Below, piece after piece: positions 7,061 to 16,633 of a DNA stretch of 25,759 nt (positions within the stretch are counted from its first letter, which is position 1; every line of letters starts with the position of its first letter). Position numbers and translations under genes: made by a program. Where the stretch lies: positions 1 through 25,759 of the IMG/VR virus record IMGVR_UViG_3300044692_000054. The stretch is one strand, 5' to 3'. Below the pieces are notes generated by a model, which did no database searches, had not been told where the DNA came from, and worked only from the letters and a program-made list of their open reading frames with translations. The stretch is from a virus (Duplodnaviria > Caudoviricetes).

Positions 7061-7360
7061 ATGCCCGGCTCTTCTTTGCTGTACGTCATCTACCTGCTCG
7101 CCTTCGCGCGCCTCGTCCTGCTCGTCACCTCCGACGTCATCACCCGCAAGCCCCGCCAGCGCATGATCGACGCCCTGGAGGAACGCGGCCACGAGATGGT
7201 GGCCTACCTGGTCACCTGCCCCTGGTGCGTCTCGATCTGGCTGGCCCTGCCCGCCGCCCCGATCATCTACGCTTACGGCCATCATTGGTGGCTGTTCGTG
7301 CCCGCCCTGGTGCTGGCGCTCTCGGGTGCCGCCGGTGTGCTCGCCCGCGTGAAGGGATAG
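7061..7360 (+). CDS. DUF1360-like membrane protein
   Basis: ARLVLLVTSDVIT and YLVTCPWCVSIW motifs, hydrophobic segments, position before the portal; probably leaderless (TACGAT 7 nt before the ATG). Confidence 0.8.
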   Translation: MPGSSLLYVIYLLAFARLVLLVTSDVITRKPRQRMIDALEERGHEMVAYLVTCPWCVSIWLALPAAPIIYAYGHHWWLFVPALVLALSGAAGVLARVKG

Positions 7361-7365
7361 ACGGA

Positions 7366-9300
7366 GTGGGGCTGCTGCCGACCAAGCGCAAGACCGTCCC
7401 GGCCGGAGGGGTCGACGGCCCCGGCACGCGCCCAGCGGCGGCCCTCACCGCCGCCGCCGTCCCCATCGACCTCAAGGACGCCACGTCCTGGCAGATGTTC
7501 AAGCTCGGCGACCACCGCTGGCAGTGGGAAGCCTGGAGGCACTACGACATCTGCGGCGAGCTGCGCTTCGTCGTCAACTGGATCGGCAACGCCGTCTCCC
7601 GCTGCCGCCTGTACGCGGCCGACGTCGCCGACGACGGCACCGTGGGCGACGAGACCAGCAACGCCCAAGCCAAGATGATCGCCGAGACGATGTTCGGCAG
7701 CCCCGCCGCCAAGGCGCAGGCGCAGCGCCTCATGGGCGTGAACATGATGGTCGCCGGGGACGTCTTCATCGTCGCCGAGGGCTACCAGCAGACCACCGAC
7801 CAGGCCGACAAGTGGTACGTGTGCTCCTCCTCGGAGGTGTTCCGCCGGGGCGACGACATCATGGTCCGCCGCTCGATCACCCACGGCGGCGGCACGTACA
7901 AGCTGAACCCGGCCAAAGACCTGCTGATCCGCGCGTGGAACCCGCACCCGCGCCGCCACGACGCCGCCGACTCCACCACCCGCGCCATCCTCCCGGTGCT
8001 GCGGGAGCTGGAGCAGTGCACCAAGCGCGTCTTCGCAGAGCTGGACTCCCGGCTCGCCGGTGCGGGCATGCTGCTGCTGCCCGACAACATCGACTTCCCC
8101 CGGCAGCCGGACGACCCGCCCGGCATCGAGGGTCTGACGGCCGTGCTGACCCGCACCATGGCCACGTCGTTGCAGCAGCGCGACAACGCCGCCGCGATCG
8201 TCCCGATCATGTTGCAGGCGTCCATCGACGCCCTCGACAAGATCAAGCACCTGACGTTCGACTCGCAGATCTCCGAGCACATCACGGCGATGCGCGAGGC
8301 CGCCGTCCGGCGGATGGCGATGTCGCTGGACATCCCGCCCGAGGTGCTGACCGGCATGGGCGCGGCGAACCACTGGTCGGGGTGGCAGATCGAGGAGTCC
8401 TCGATCAAGATCCACATCGAGCCGCTGCTCATCCAGCTCGCCGACGCCCTCAACGTCGGCTACTACCAGCCCGCCCTCAAGGCCGCAGGCGTCCAGAACC
8501 CCGAGAAGCTGACCCTCTGGTTCGACATCGCCGCCCTCACCGTCCGCCCCAACCGCTCCGACCAGGCCATGCAGTTCAGCGACAAGGAGCTGATCAGCGA
8601 CAAGGCCGCCCGCGACAACGCCGCCTTCAGCGACGACGACGCCCCCTCCGAAGAGGAGCAGGTCTACAAGCTGGTCAAGGCCCTCGTCCTGGCCCAGCCC
8701 GCCTACGCAGGCGACCCCGAGGTGCAGAAGATCCTCCACCTGCCGAAGATCTCCCTGCCCGCGCCGTCCGCAGCCCCCGCCCCCGAGGGCGGCGACATGC
8801 TCAACCCGGGCGACGAGGGATACGACGAGGCAGGCACCGAGCCCGCCGACGCCGGGGACCGGCCGCTGCCGGGCCTGCCGTCGGTCGCCGAGGCCGAGGC
8901 CGGGGGCGCGCCCAAGGCGAAGGGCCAGAAGCTCGGCCAGCTCGCCGCGTCCGCTGCGCTCGCCGACACCGCCCTGTTCTACGCCGCCGACGGGGCCGTG
9001 CGCCGCGCCCTGGAGCTGGCCGGAGGAAGGCTCGTTCCCGGCCCTCAGCGGGCCGCCTACGCCGTTCCGAAGCACGAGCTGCACACCCGGAAGGTCCCGA
9101 CCCGTGAGCGCGTACCGGCGCTCCTGGCGGGCGCGTGGGTGCACGTGCGCGAACAGGCCACCAGCCTCGGCGTCGACCCGGACCGGCTCGAAGAGTTCCT
9201 GGGCGGCTACTGCACCGAGCTGCTGACCCGGGGCATGGGCCACGACCCGGCCGACCTGAAGGAAGCCATCTCGCGAGCCAGGGCGGAGCTGCAAGCATGA
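7366..9300 (+). CDS. Portal protein
   Basis: WQWEAWRHYDICGELRFVVNW, RAWNPHPRRH..ADS, SRLAGAGML, LDIPPEVLTG...NHWSGWQIEE motifs typical of actinophage portals. Start is GTG 7366, not 6223. Confidence 0.9.
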   Translation: MGLLPTKRKTVPAGGVDGPGTRPAAALTAAAVPIDLKDATSWQMFKLGDHRWQWEAWRHYDICGELRFVVNWIGNAVSRCRLYAADVADDGTVGDETSNAQAKMIAETMFGSPAAKAQAQRLMGVNMMVAGDVFIVAEGYQQTTDQADKWYVCSSSEVFRRGDDIMVRRSITHGGGTYKLNPAKDLLIRAWNPHPRRHDAADSTTRAILPVLRELEQCTKRVFAELDSRLAGAGMLLLPDNIDFPRQPDDPPGIEGLTAVLTRTMATSLQQRDNAAAIVPIMLQASIDALDKIKHLTFDSQISEHITAMREAAVRRMAMSLDIPPEVLTGMGAANHWSGWQIEESSIKIHIEPLLIQLADALNVGYYQPALKAAGVQNPEKLTLWFDIAALTVRPNRSDQAMQFSDKELISDKAARDNAAFSDDDAPSEEEQVYKLVKALVLAQPAYAGDPEVQKILHLPKISLPAPSAAPAPEGGDMLNPGDEGYDEAGTEPADAGDRPLPGLPSVAEAEAGGAPKAKGQKLGQLAASAALADTALFYAADGAVRRALELAGGRLVPGPQRAAYAVPKHELHTRKVPTRERVPALLAGAWVHVREQATSLGVDPDRLEEFLGGYCTELLTRGMGHDPADLKEAISRARAELQA

Positions 9301-9374
9301 TCGAAAACGTCGCGGAGATGTGGCGTGAGCCGTACGTTCCCGCGTCCTTCGAGCGCGAAGGATGGAAGCCGTGA
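9297..9374 (+). CDS. Possible 25-aa coupling peptide (MIENVAEMWREPYVPASFEREGWKP)
   Basis: ATGA overlap with the portal stop and GTGA overlap with the MuF start. Confidence 0.45.
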   Translation: MIENVAEMWREPYVPASFEREGWKP

Positions 9375-10396
9375 CCCAGCCGAACCTGCCCGACGCCGCC
9401 GCCCAGCAGCAGGCCGCCGTCGAGGTCTTCGCCCAGTACGAGCCGCCGCTCTACGAGGCGTACCTGGAGATGATGCTGGAGTGGCTGGCCGCCGTCCGCA
9501 CGGCCATGTTCGCCGGAGGCGTCGCCAAGCTCGGGCTCATCCCCGACCCGCTGTCCGTGTTCGCCAAGACGCCCATGTGGAACGACCTCACCGACAAGTA
9601 CTCCGCCGAGGTCGCCCGCGACGTGCTGGCCGCCCCGTACAAGCACCTCTTCGGCGACGGCACCCTCTTCGAGTCCCGCCCGTTCGTCCGCAACTGGATC
9701 GCCGCCCGCGCCAACCGGCTCCAGAACGTCCCCGATGAGGTGTACGGGCTCGTCCAGAACGTCATCGACTCCGGCACCACCAACGGGGCCAGCATCGACG
9801 ACGTCACCAAGCAGGTCCAGGAGCTGTTCGACGCCACCGACGTGCAGACGTGGAAGAACCGCGCCCGCACGGTCGCCCGTACCGAGGTGGTGGGCGCGTA
9901 CAACGGCGGCCTCTACGACGCGTTCAGCATGGTTGTCGAAGCCGACCCGGGCACGCCCTGGGTGAAGCGCTGGCTGGCCACCGAGGACCACCGGACCCGC
10001 CCGGACCACAAGGAGGCCGACGGGCAGGTGGTGCCGTGGGCGCAGCCGTTCACCGTCGGGGGATTCTCGATGATGTACCCGCACGACCCGGAAGCGCCGC
10101 CGCAGGAGGTCATCAACTGCCGCTGCACGATGCTGCTGGAGGTCGAGGGCGAGCCGACGAACATGGAGAACCGGGGCTACAAGGGCGTCCAGGCGGCGGC
10201 GCTCGGCGAGTTCGCAAGATCAAAAACGAAGGGAGAGGGCCGCGTGCAGTACGAACCGTTCCAGGACGACGGCGGCCCCCTGGAGATCACCAAAGGACCC
10301 AAGACCAAGAAGCGCGCCCCGAGCACCACCACCTCCTGGTCCCCCAAGATGTCGGCCCCTACCGGTACCGTGCGAGGCAAGGACACGGAGGAGTAG
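9371..10396 (+). CDS. MuF-like (SPP1 gp7-type) minor head protein
   Basis: RARTVARTEVVGAYN, KRWLATEDHRTRPDH..ADGQ, MYPHDP...EVINCRC motifs. Confidence 0.92.
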   Translation: MTQPNLPDAAAQQQAAVEVFAQYEPPLYEAYLEMMLEWLAAVRTAMFAGGVAKLGLIPDPLSVFAKTPMWNDLTDKYSAEVARDVLAAPYKHLFGDGTLFESRPFVRNWIAARANRLQNVPDEVYGLVQNVIDSGTTNGASIDDVTKQVQELFDATDVQTWKNRARTVARTEVVGAYNGGLYDAFSMVVEADPGTPWVKRWLATEDHRTRPDHKEADGQVVPWAQPFTVGGFSMMYPHDPEAPPQEVINCRCTMLLEVEGEPTNMENRGYKGVQAAALGEFARSKTKGEGRVQYEPFQDDGGPLEITKGPKTKKRAPSTTTSWSPKMSAPTGTVRGKDTEE

Positions 10397-10399
10397 ACG

Positions 10400-11728
10400 G
10401 TGGCGACGCTCGGGGACACGTACCGCGCCCACGAGGCGTGCTCGCTCATCGCCTGCCTCAACCCGCTGCACCCCGGCCCCTGCAAGGGCTGGAAAGGCAC
10501 CCCCGAAGAGGAGTTCCACCGGGCCACCGGCCAGGCGAAGCGCGGCATCCGCGCCTACAACACCGCCCGCAGCATCCGAGGCGGCAAGACGTCCCACCGG
10601 CGCGCCCTGCTGTCGTACGTCAACGGCTCCGGCCCGATCAACCGCTCCCTGCGCTTCTCCAAGGGCAAGGGCTCCAACGACCCGAAGATCCTCGCCGAGA
10701 TCAGGGCGATGGACCAGGCCATGGCCGAGTCGAAGCTGACCAAGCCGATCGTCGTGCAGCGCGCCATCAGCCCCTCAGCGTTCGGTGGCATCGACACCAA
10801 CGACGACCTGACCGGCGTCGAGTACACCGACCACGCGTTCGGTTCCACCGGCACCGACCTGGGCTTGATCCTCAAGCACTTCCACACCACTTCCAGCGGC
10901 AAGAAGCCCCTGATCGCCGACATCACCGTGCCCAAGGGCTTCTCCGCCATCCGCGTCCCGCCCGGCCAGTGGGGCGACGAGAAGGAGATCCTGCTCGACC
11001 GGGGCGCGCACTTCCGCGTCGTCGCCGACCACGGCTACATCGACACCCCGGCCGGGAAGTTCCGGCACGTGCAGCTCGAAGTCGTCCCCGGCAGCAAGCC
11101 GAAGGCCGGGCAGGTAGACCTGGGCGACAAGAACCAGACCCACCGTTCCAGCGTCACCGCGTCCGTCGACGACGAGTGCCAGACCGGCGAGTTCTGCATG
11201 CAGACCCACAAGCCGGGCCTGTGCAAGGGACAGAAGCGCGGCCAGACCGAGCCGGGCACGCAGGAGGAGACGAAGAAGAACCCCTCCACCGTGGCGAGGG
11301 TCGCCGTGCAGGGGCTGACCAACGCCATCTCCAAGGCCGAGCAGATCGCCACCGCGAACGCCGTCCGGAACCCGAAGCTCGCCGCCATGGCCCGCAAGGC
11401 GGTAGCCGACTACCAGAAGGCGCTCAAGCCGCACGTGCAGACGCTGAAGGACGCCGCGAACGCCGACGACAAGGCCAAGCGGATCGCCGAACAGGACGCC
11501 CGCCAGCAGGACTCGATCGACAAGCGCGACGAGAAGAAGCGCGAGAGCCTGAAGAAGCGGGCGCAGGCCATCCTCGACCGGCGCAAGCGGCAGGCCGAGG
11601 AGACGGCGAAGCTGAAGAAGATGAGCCCCAAGCAGGCCGCCGCCTACCGCAAGGCCCGCGCGGAGAAGGCCCGCAAGCAGCGCGAGGCCCGCGAGAACAA
11701 GCTCATCAAGCAGGCCAACGCCGCGTAG
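10400..11728 (+). CDS. VIP2/Alt-like ADP-ribosyltransferase 1 (CCHC tag - ART - second CCHC tag - basic coiled coil)
   Basis: SYVNGSGPINRSLR, IVVQR, AFGSTG, DEKEILLDRG (R-S-ExE); GGAGGAG RBS. Confidence 0.88.
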   Translation: MATLGDTYRAHEACSLIACLNPLHPGPCKGWKGTPEEEFHRATGQAKRGIRAYNTARSIRGGKTSHRRALLSYVNGSGPINRSLRFSKGKGSNDPKILAEIRAMDQAMAESKLTKPIVVQRAISPSAFGGIDTNDDLTGVEYTDHAFGSTGTDLGLILKHFHTTSSGKKPLIADITVPKGFSAIRVPPGQWGDEKEILLDRGAHFRVVADHGYIDTPAGKFRHVQLEVVPGSKPKAGQVDLGDKNQTHRSSVTASVDDECQTGEFCMQTHKPGLCKGQKRGQTEPGTQEETKKNPSTVARVAVQGLTNAISKAEQIATANAVRNPKLAAMARKAVADYQKALKPHVQTLKDAANADDKAKRIAEQDARQQDSIDKRDEKKRESLKKRAQAILDRRKRQAEETAKLKKMSPKQAAAYRKARAEKARKQREARENKLIKQANAA

Positions 11729-11738
11729 GCTGACGGGC

Positions 11739-11915
11739 ATGCTGCGCCGTCGCATCGTCACCACCGAAGAGCAGGACGTCCACACCTCCTGGCGGCGCTG
11801 GTACACCCGCTACCAGCGCGCCGGGAAGGCCAGGGCCGTCAAGCGGGACACCAACCAGCGCGAGCGGCACGAGGGCCGCCAGGCGCTCCGGGAGGGCCGA
11901 TGGGACGCGCTGTGA
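11739..11915 (+). CDS. 58-aa Arg-rich protein (MLRRRIVTTEEQDVHTSWRRWY...)
   Basis: Below the ORF-track cutoff; high GC3; TAGGCT 7 nt before the ATG suggests a leaderless transcript. Confidence 0.7.
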   Translation: MLRRRIVTTEEQDVHTSWRRWYTRYQRAGKARAVKRDTNQRERHEGRQALREGRWDAL

Positions 11916-12025
11916 CCTGGACGCTGCGGATGGCAGACCACGCCTTCGACCTGCTACCGGCCCTACTCCTTATCGCGCTTCTTGCTGCGGGGTCGGGTCT
12001 GTTCGTCGTCACCTTCGACTGGTGA
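11900..12025 (+). CDS. Possible 41-aa membrane peptide
   Basis: GGAGGG RBS; LLPALLLIALLAAGSGLFVV hydrophobic stretch. Confidence 0.5.
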   Translation: MGRAVTWTLRMADHAFDLLPALLLIALLAAGSGLFVVTFDW

Positions 12026-12078
12026 TAGATTCGGCGCTGCGCAGGTCCATGATCGAAAACGATCTGTAGCATGGCGGC

Positions 12079-15000
12079 ATGACGACGCTGGCGGACTCGC
12101 TGCTGAAGCCCACCTTCAACGAGATCGCCGAAGACGCGAACATCGTCGGCAAAGTCTGCTCGCTCGTCGCTTCCGCCATGCCGGGCATGCCGGAACCCGA
12201 CAAGCAGTTCGCGCTCATGGCGCACGCCGCCCTCTACCAGGACGACGACGCCCACGAGACCTGCTCGCTGACCGCCTGCCTGAACCCGCTGCACCCGGGG
12301 CCGTGCAAGGGCTGGAAGGGCACCCTGTTCAAGGCCGCCCCGAACGCCTACCACGCTCTGGAGGCCGCCCGGGTCGAGAAGGCCAACGCCGCCCGGATCA
12401 AGAAGATCCAGGCGCTCAAGGAGGCCGGGAAGCCGATCCCGAAGAAGCTCCTCCAGCCCATCGTCGCCAAGCCGCACCCGCACGCGGGCAAGACCGCCAA
12501 CGCCGCCACCGGCGAGGCGCACGCCGCCGGGCAGGCCGTCTCCGACTCTGCTGGCGTGCACGTGCAGATGCCCGGGAAAGTGACTCTCGGGCAGGCCGTC
12601 AAGCAGATCAAGGCGACCGACGCGACCAACGAGAAGGGCGCGAAGGGCAAGAAGCCGACCGTCGCCTCGAAGGGCATCGCGGCGGTCATCGCGCAGGAGA
12701 AGGTCACCCCGCAGTACAAGCTCGACAAGGCCGCGAAGATCACCCCGGAGCAGTGGAACGCGCTGTCCGAGGACGAGAAGTCGATCATCCGTGGCGAGCT
12801 GACCAAGATCCAGACCGAGGGCTTCGGGCCGCAGCAGAAGAAGGCCACCGAGCTGCTGGACGCGCTCCCCGCGAAGGGACTCAAGGGCGGCGGCACCGAC
12901 ACGGTCACCACCCCCAAGGGCCAGGTCATCCAGAAGATCAGCCTCAAGGACATCAACGAGGGTCCGGCTCCGCAGGCCCCGTCGCCGGTCAACCCGCCCA
13001 AGACCGAGACGCCCGCCAAGGCGAAGATCAACACCTTCACCGTCACCCACAACGGGGTGACGTACACCCGCAAGAGCAAGCACGAATACACCCACGCCGC
13101 CGTCATCCAGAAGCCCGACGGCACGCAAGAGGTCTGGTCGTTCCACAAGAGCGAAGACGCCGCTCTGAAGAACGGCGGCGGGCTGACCGCCGAGGCGAAG
13201 AAGAACGGCTTCAAGGTCGTCGCTGCCCTGCCGGTCACCAAGGTTGAGCCCGGCAAGAAGGCCCCTGAGAAGCCTGCTCCCGAAGTGAAGGCCCCCAACC
13301 TTCCCGAGACCCCGAACGAGCCCAGCTCGCCCAAGAGCGGGGCCACCAGCGCCGCGCAGGCCGCCGCCATCGCCACCATCTCCGACGCCATCCCCGGCAT
13401 CAAGTCGATGCCCGAGGGTGCCTCGGAGAAGCTGGTCGCCGCGTTCGACAAGCTCAAGACCAAGGGCGACCTCGCCGACACTCCGCAGTTCAAGACCGCC
13501 GTCAACGCCCTCGCCCAGAAGGCCCTCAAGGTCGCCACCGAGGACAAGATGCCCGGCCTCGGGCACGGCGACAACGATGCGCACATCGGCACGTTCCACA
13601 AGGAGATCAGCGACCACATCCTGGAGGGCAAGCCCGGCCTGCCGCCGCTGGTCGCGAAGATGGCCGCCCACCACGAGGCCACCGCCCCGAAGAACGTCAA
13701 GGAGGGCATCGAGCAGGCCGCCAAGGCGGCGCACGAGGCCAAGATCGAAAACGCTGCGCAGGCCGCCGAGAAGGCCGCCGCGCTGCCCAAGCACGTCCAG
13801 CACGCCGCCGCCATCGCCAACCACGAGGTGCCCGGTGCTGGCCTGTCGAAGAACCACCTCGCCGCGTACGAGAAGCTGACGGCCGAGGAGTTCAACAGCC
13901 TGCCCGAGGCCACTCAGGGAAAGATCATCCAGGAGCTGGAGAAGGGCCAGACGAAGTTCCTGGACCCCAAGAAGATCGCCGCGTCCAAGGCGCTCATCGA
14001 GAAGTTCCAGGCGGGCAAGCCCAAGGCCGCCGCCCCGAAGCCGCCCGCCGAGGTCGGCTTCCACTCGCACATGGACGACCACGCGGTCACCGACGCGCAG
14101 GCGAAGAAGGCCGCCGCCGGGCAGCCGGTCGCCGCGCACGCCGCCGTCGCCAAGAACCTGGCCAAGCTCGACCTGTCCGAGCAGCCCGACGTCATGGCGC
14201 ACCAGAACGCCGCCAAGCAGTACGGCAAGGATCTGCTGACCAGCTTCACCAAGGATGAGCCGCTGGACGCGCTGAAGGACCCGGAGGTCCAGCAGGCCGC
14301 CCAGAACGTCCTCGACGCCGCCACGACGTTCAAGGAGGCGCAGCTCGTCGGCAAGGCGAAGAAGACCGCCTTCAACAAGATCGACATGCTGCTCAAGGGC
14401 GACAGCGGCCAGCTCACCCCGATGCAAAAAGCGTCCCTCGCCGAATACCAGAAGTACCTGCTCAAGGACCCGATCGAGCCCGAGCAGCTCGTCAAGCTCC
14501 AGAACGACATCCTCGCGGCCACCGACGACCTGCGCGAGAAACTGAAGGCCGCCAAGACCCCCAAGCCCGACGAGATGACCCCGGCCCAGCTCGACGCCAA
14601 GGTGGCCGAGCTGCTGGGGCCGGCCGCCGTCAAGCCGAACGTCAACCTGACGATGGCCGAGCTGAAGGAGGCCAACGCCACCGGCGCGAACATGGCCAAG
14701 ATCGGCACCGAGAAGTACAGCGAAGCCACCCTGGAGAACCCCGAGGTCGCCGCGAAGATGAAGGCGGTCGCGCAGATCGCCGGGCAGCTCGCCGCCACCG
14801 CCGAGAACAAGAAGAAGCTCCAGGCGCACCTGGACAAGTTCCACAACTACGCGATCGAATCCCACGAGGCCGGGGTCGGGTACCTCAACGCGCCGCAGCT
14901 CGCCGCGATCAAGGCTCACGCCGAGAAGATCAAAAAGGAGCATGCGTACCTCGACGAGGTCACCAAGCAGCAGCAGGACAAGCTGATTGCGGCGCGCAAG

Positions 15001-16494
15001 GAGTTCGACAAGGTTGCCGACGAGGTCCAGGCCGCCGGTGTCCCCAAGGTCGAACTGACCGATGCCGACCAGACCCTGATCTCCGAGGCGTTCGGCCACA
15101 ACTGGGGCAACCTCGCCAGCAAGGCCGTCCTGTACGGCGTGAAGGGCTGGTCGCAGAAGTCCGAGATGAAGTCCCACCCGGACTACGCCTCGTTCACGCA
15201 GGATCTCGGCAACCTCCAGACGGCCGTCAAGAAGCTCGCGCTCGCGCACGCCGCCGAGCACGTCGCCAGCCTGAACGTGCCCGTCGACCCGGACACCGGC
15301 GCGAAGATCGACGGTCCGGAGAAGAAGGCGTGGCTCGCCGCCGTCACCGCCCGCGCGGAGGCGGAGAAGACCTACCAGCAGCTCTACAAGACCGCGCAGA
15401 CGAAGCTCGACAAGATCCGCACGGACGTCGGGCTGAAGAAGCGCGCCCTCCCGAAGATCGACTCGCCCGCCGTCAAGGCCGCCGCCGCCGAGTCCGGCTA
15501 CTACAAGACCGCCGGATACGGGGGAATCAACTACGGCAAGCACGCCAAGGCGAAGAACTACATCCTCGCCAAGGTCGGCCCCAAGCTGGGCATCGTCCAC
15601 CAGTCCGCGTCGGAGAAGAAGGCCGAGAAGGCTGCCGCAGAGGCCGAGAAGCTGAAGGCCGCGCACCCCGAGTTCTACGCGAAGCAGGAAGCCGCCAAGG
15701 CCGCGCCCAAGCCGAACGCGGGGATGCCGTCGACCTCCGACGCCGGGAAGACCCCGAACCCGACGGCCGCCGAGAAGTACGGCTGGACGTACGTGCCGAA
15801 CACCGGCCCGCAACTGCATTCCTGGGAGTTCTCCACCGGCGGCGCGTACATCGCGAACCCCGACCACCTGAAGCAGGCGCAGGACATCCTCGCCGACCCG
15901 GACGTGCAGACCGGCCTGGCCGCCCAGAAGAAATACAAGTGGTCGATCAACAACATGGAGAGCAAGGGCGCTTCGCACTCCTGGAAGCAGTCGCTCTACA
16001 ACTACACCGGCTCCGGCTACGACTCGGTGAACACCAAGCTGAACAGCCTCCCGCCGGGCGCGAAGAAGACCGGCAGCCCCACGATCAGCAACATCGACGC
16101 GGGCATGGCCGCCTCGCCGGAGGTGGACCAGCACGTCGTGCTGTACCGGGGCTTCAAGGACCCCAAGTCGGTGTTCTCGTCGGGCAAGTGGAACGACACC
16201 AACGTGGCGGGCATGGAATGGACGCAGCGCTCGTACTCCTCGACGTCCGGGCAGCTCTCCACCGCCCAGTCGTTCGCGGGCTACGGCGGCGTGGTCATGC
16301 GGATCATCATCCCGAAGGACCAGAAGGTGCACGGGATCAACGCCAAGGGCGGCCAGCACCCGGGCGAGAACGAGATCATCCTCCAGCGCGGGCTGCGCTA
16401 CCGGGTGGTCGCCGACTACGGCAAGCACGGTTCGGACGGCAAGCGATACATCGACGTGATGGTGGTGCCAGACCCCTATGCCAAGCCTGAGTGA
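12079..16494 (+). CDS. Large (1471 aa) probable internal virion protein with C-terminal VIP2/Alt-like ADP-ribosyltransferase 2
   Basis: N-terminal CCHC tag, long Ala/Lys helical body, YTGSGYDSVN..L, VLYRG, YSSTS, GENEIILQRG (R-STS-ExE). Confidence 0.9.
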   Translation: MTTLADSLLKPTFNEIAEDANIVGKVCSLVASAMPGMPEPDKQFALMAHAALYQDDDAHETCSLTACLNPLHPGPCKGWKGTLFKAAPNAYHALEAARVEKANAARIKKIQALKEAGKPIPKKLLQPIVAKPHPHAGKTANAATGEAHAAGQAVSDSAGVHVQMPGKVTLGQAVKQIKATDATNEKGAKGKKPTVASKGIAAVIAQEKVTPQYKLDKAAKITPEQWNALSEDEKSIIRGELTKIQTEGFGPQQKKATELLDALPAKGLKGGGTDTVTTPKGQVIQKISLKDINEGPAPQAPSPVNPPKTETPAKAKINTFTVTHNGVTYTRKSKHEYTHAAVIQKPDGTQEVWSFHKSEDAALKNGGGLTAEAKKNGFKVVAALPVTKVEPGKKAPEKPAPEVKAPNLPETPNEPSSPKSGATSAAQAAAIATISDAIPGIKSMPEGASEKLVAAFDKLKTKGDLADTPQFKTAVNALAQKALKVATEDKMPGLGHGDNDAHIGTFHKEISDHILEGKPGLPPLVAKMAAHHEATAPKNVKEGIEQAAKAAHEAKIENAAQAAEKAAALPKHVQHAAAIANHEVPGAGLSKNHLAAYEKLTAEEFNSLPEATQGKIIQELEKGQTKFLDPKKIAASKALIEKFQAGKPKAAAPKPPAEVGFHSHMDDHAVTDAQAKKAAAGQPVAAHAAVAKNLAKLDLSEQPDVMAHQNAAKQYGKDLLTSFTKDEPLDALKDPEVQQAAQNVLDAATTFKEAQLVGKAKKTAFNKIDMLLKGDSGQLTPMQKASLAEYQKYLLKDPIEPEQLVKLQNDILAATDDLREKLKAAKTPKPDEMTPAQLDAKVAELLGPAAVKPNVNLTMAELKEANATGANMAKIGTEKYSEATLENPEVAAKMKAVAQIAGQLAATAENKKKLQAHLDKFHNYAIESHEAGVGYLNAPQLAAIKAHAEKIKKEHAYLDEVTKQQQDKLIAARKEFDKVADEVQAAGVPKVELTDADQTLISEAFGHNWGNLASKAVLYGVKGWSQKSEMKSHPDYASFTQDLGNLQTAVKKLALAHAAEHVASLNVPVDPDTGAKIDGPEKKAWLAAVTARAEAEKTYQQLYKTAQTKLDKIRTDVGLKKRALPKIDSPAVKAAAAESGYYKTAGYGGINYGKHAKAKNYILAKVGPKLGIVHQSASEKKAEKAAAEAEKLKAAHPEFYAKQEAAKAAPKPNAGMPSTSDAGKTPNPTAAEKYGWTYVPNTGPQLHSWEFSTGGAYIANPDHLKQAQDILADPDVQTGLAAQKKYKWSINNMESKGASHSWKQSLYNYTGSGYDSVNTKLNSLPPGAKKTGSPTISNIDAGMAASPEVDQHVVLYRGFKDPKSVFSSGKWNDTNVAGMEWTQRSYSSTSGQLSTAQSFAGYGGVVMRIIIPKDQKVHGINAKGGQHPGENEIILQRGLRYRVVADYGKHGSDGKRYIDVMVVPDPYAKPE

Positions 16495-16633
16495 AGCAGC
16501 GGGCCGCCCCGGGAAGAAGCTTGACCCGGAGACGGTCAAGCGCGTGGACATGGAGAACGCGTCGGTGGCTGATGTGACGCCGCCGCCGTGGACGAAGAAG
16601 CGGACTTTGGGAGCCCAGAAAAAGAAGGGTTGA
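16478..16633 (+). CDS. Possible 51-aa protein overlapping the ART2 stop
   Basis: MPSLSEAAGRPGKKLDPETVKRVDMENASVADVTPPPWTKKRTLGAQKKKG*; GGTGG upstream. Confidence 0.5.
   Translation: MPSLSEAAGRPGKKLDPETVKRVDMENASVADVTPPPWTKKRTLGAQKKKG

Noticed and set aside
6223-7365. N-terminal 381 aa of the 1025-aa ORF
   Set aside because: Arg/Pro-rich off-frame read across two real genes; portal motifs begin only after GTG 7366.
11839-16551. 1570-aa minus-strand ORF, and similar antisense ORFs at 554-1765, 7282-9294, 19934-21838 and 23457-25580
   Set aside because: Shadow frames of high-GC3 genes; no motifs or RBS, and they lie opposite genes with clear family signatures.
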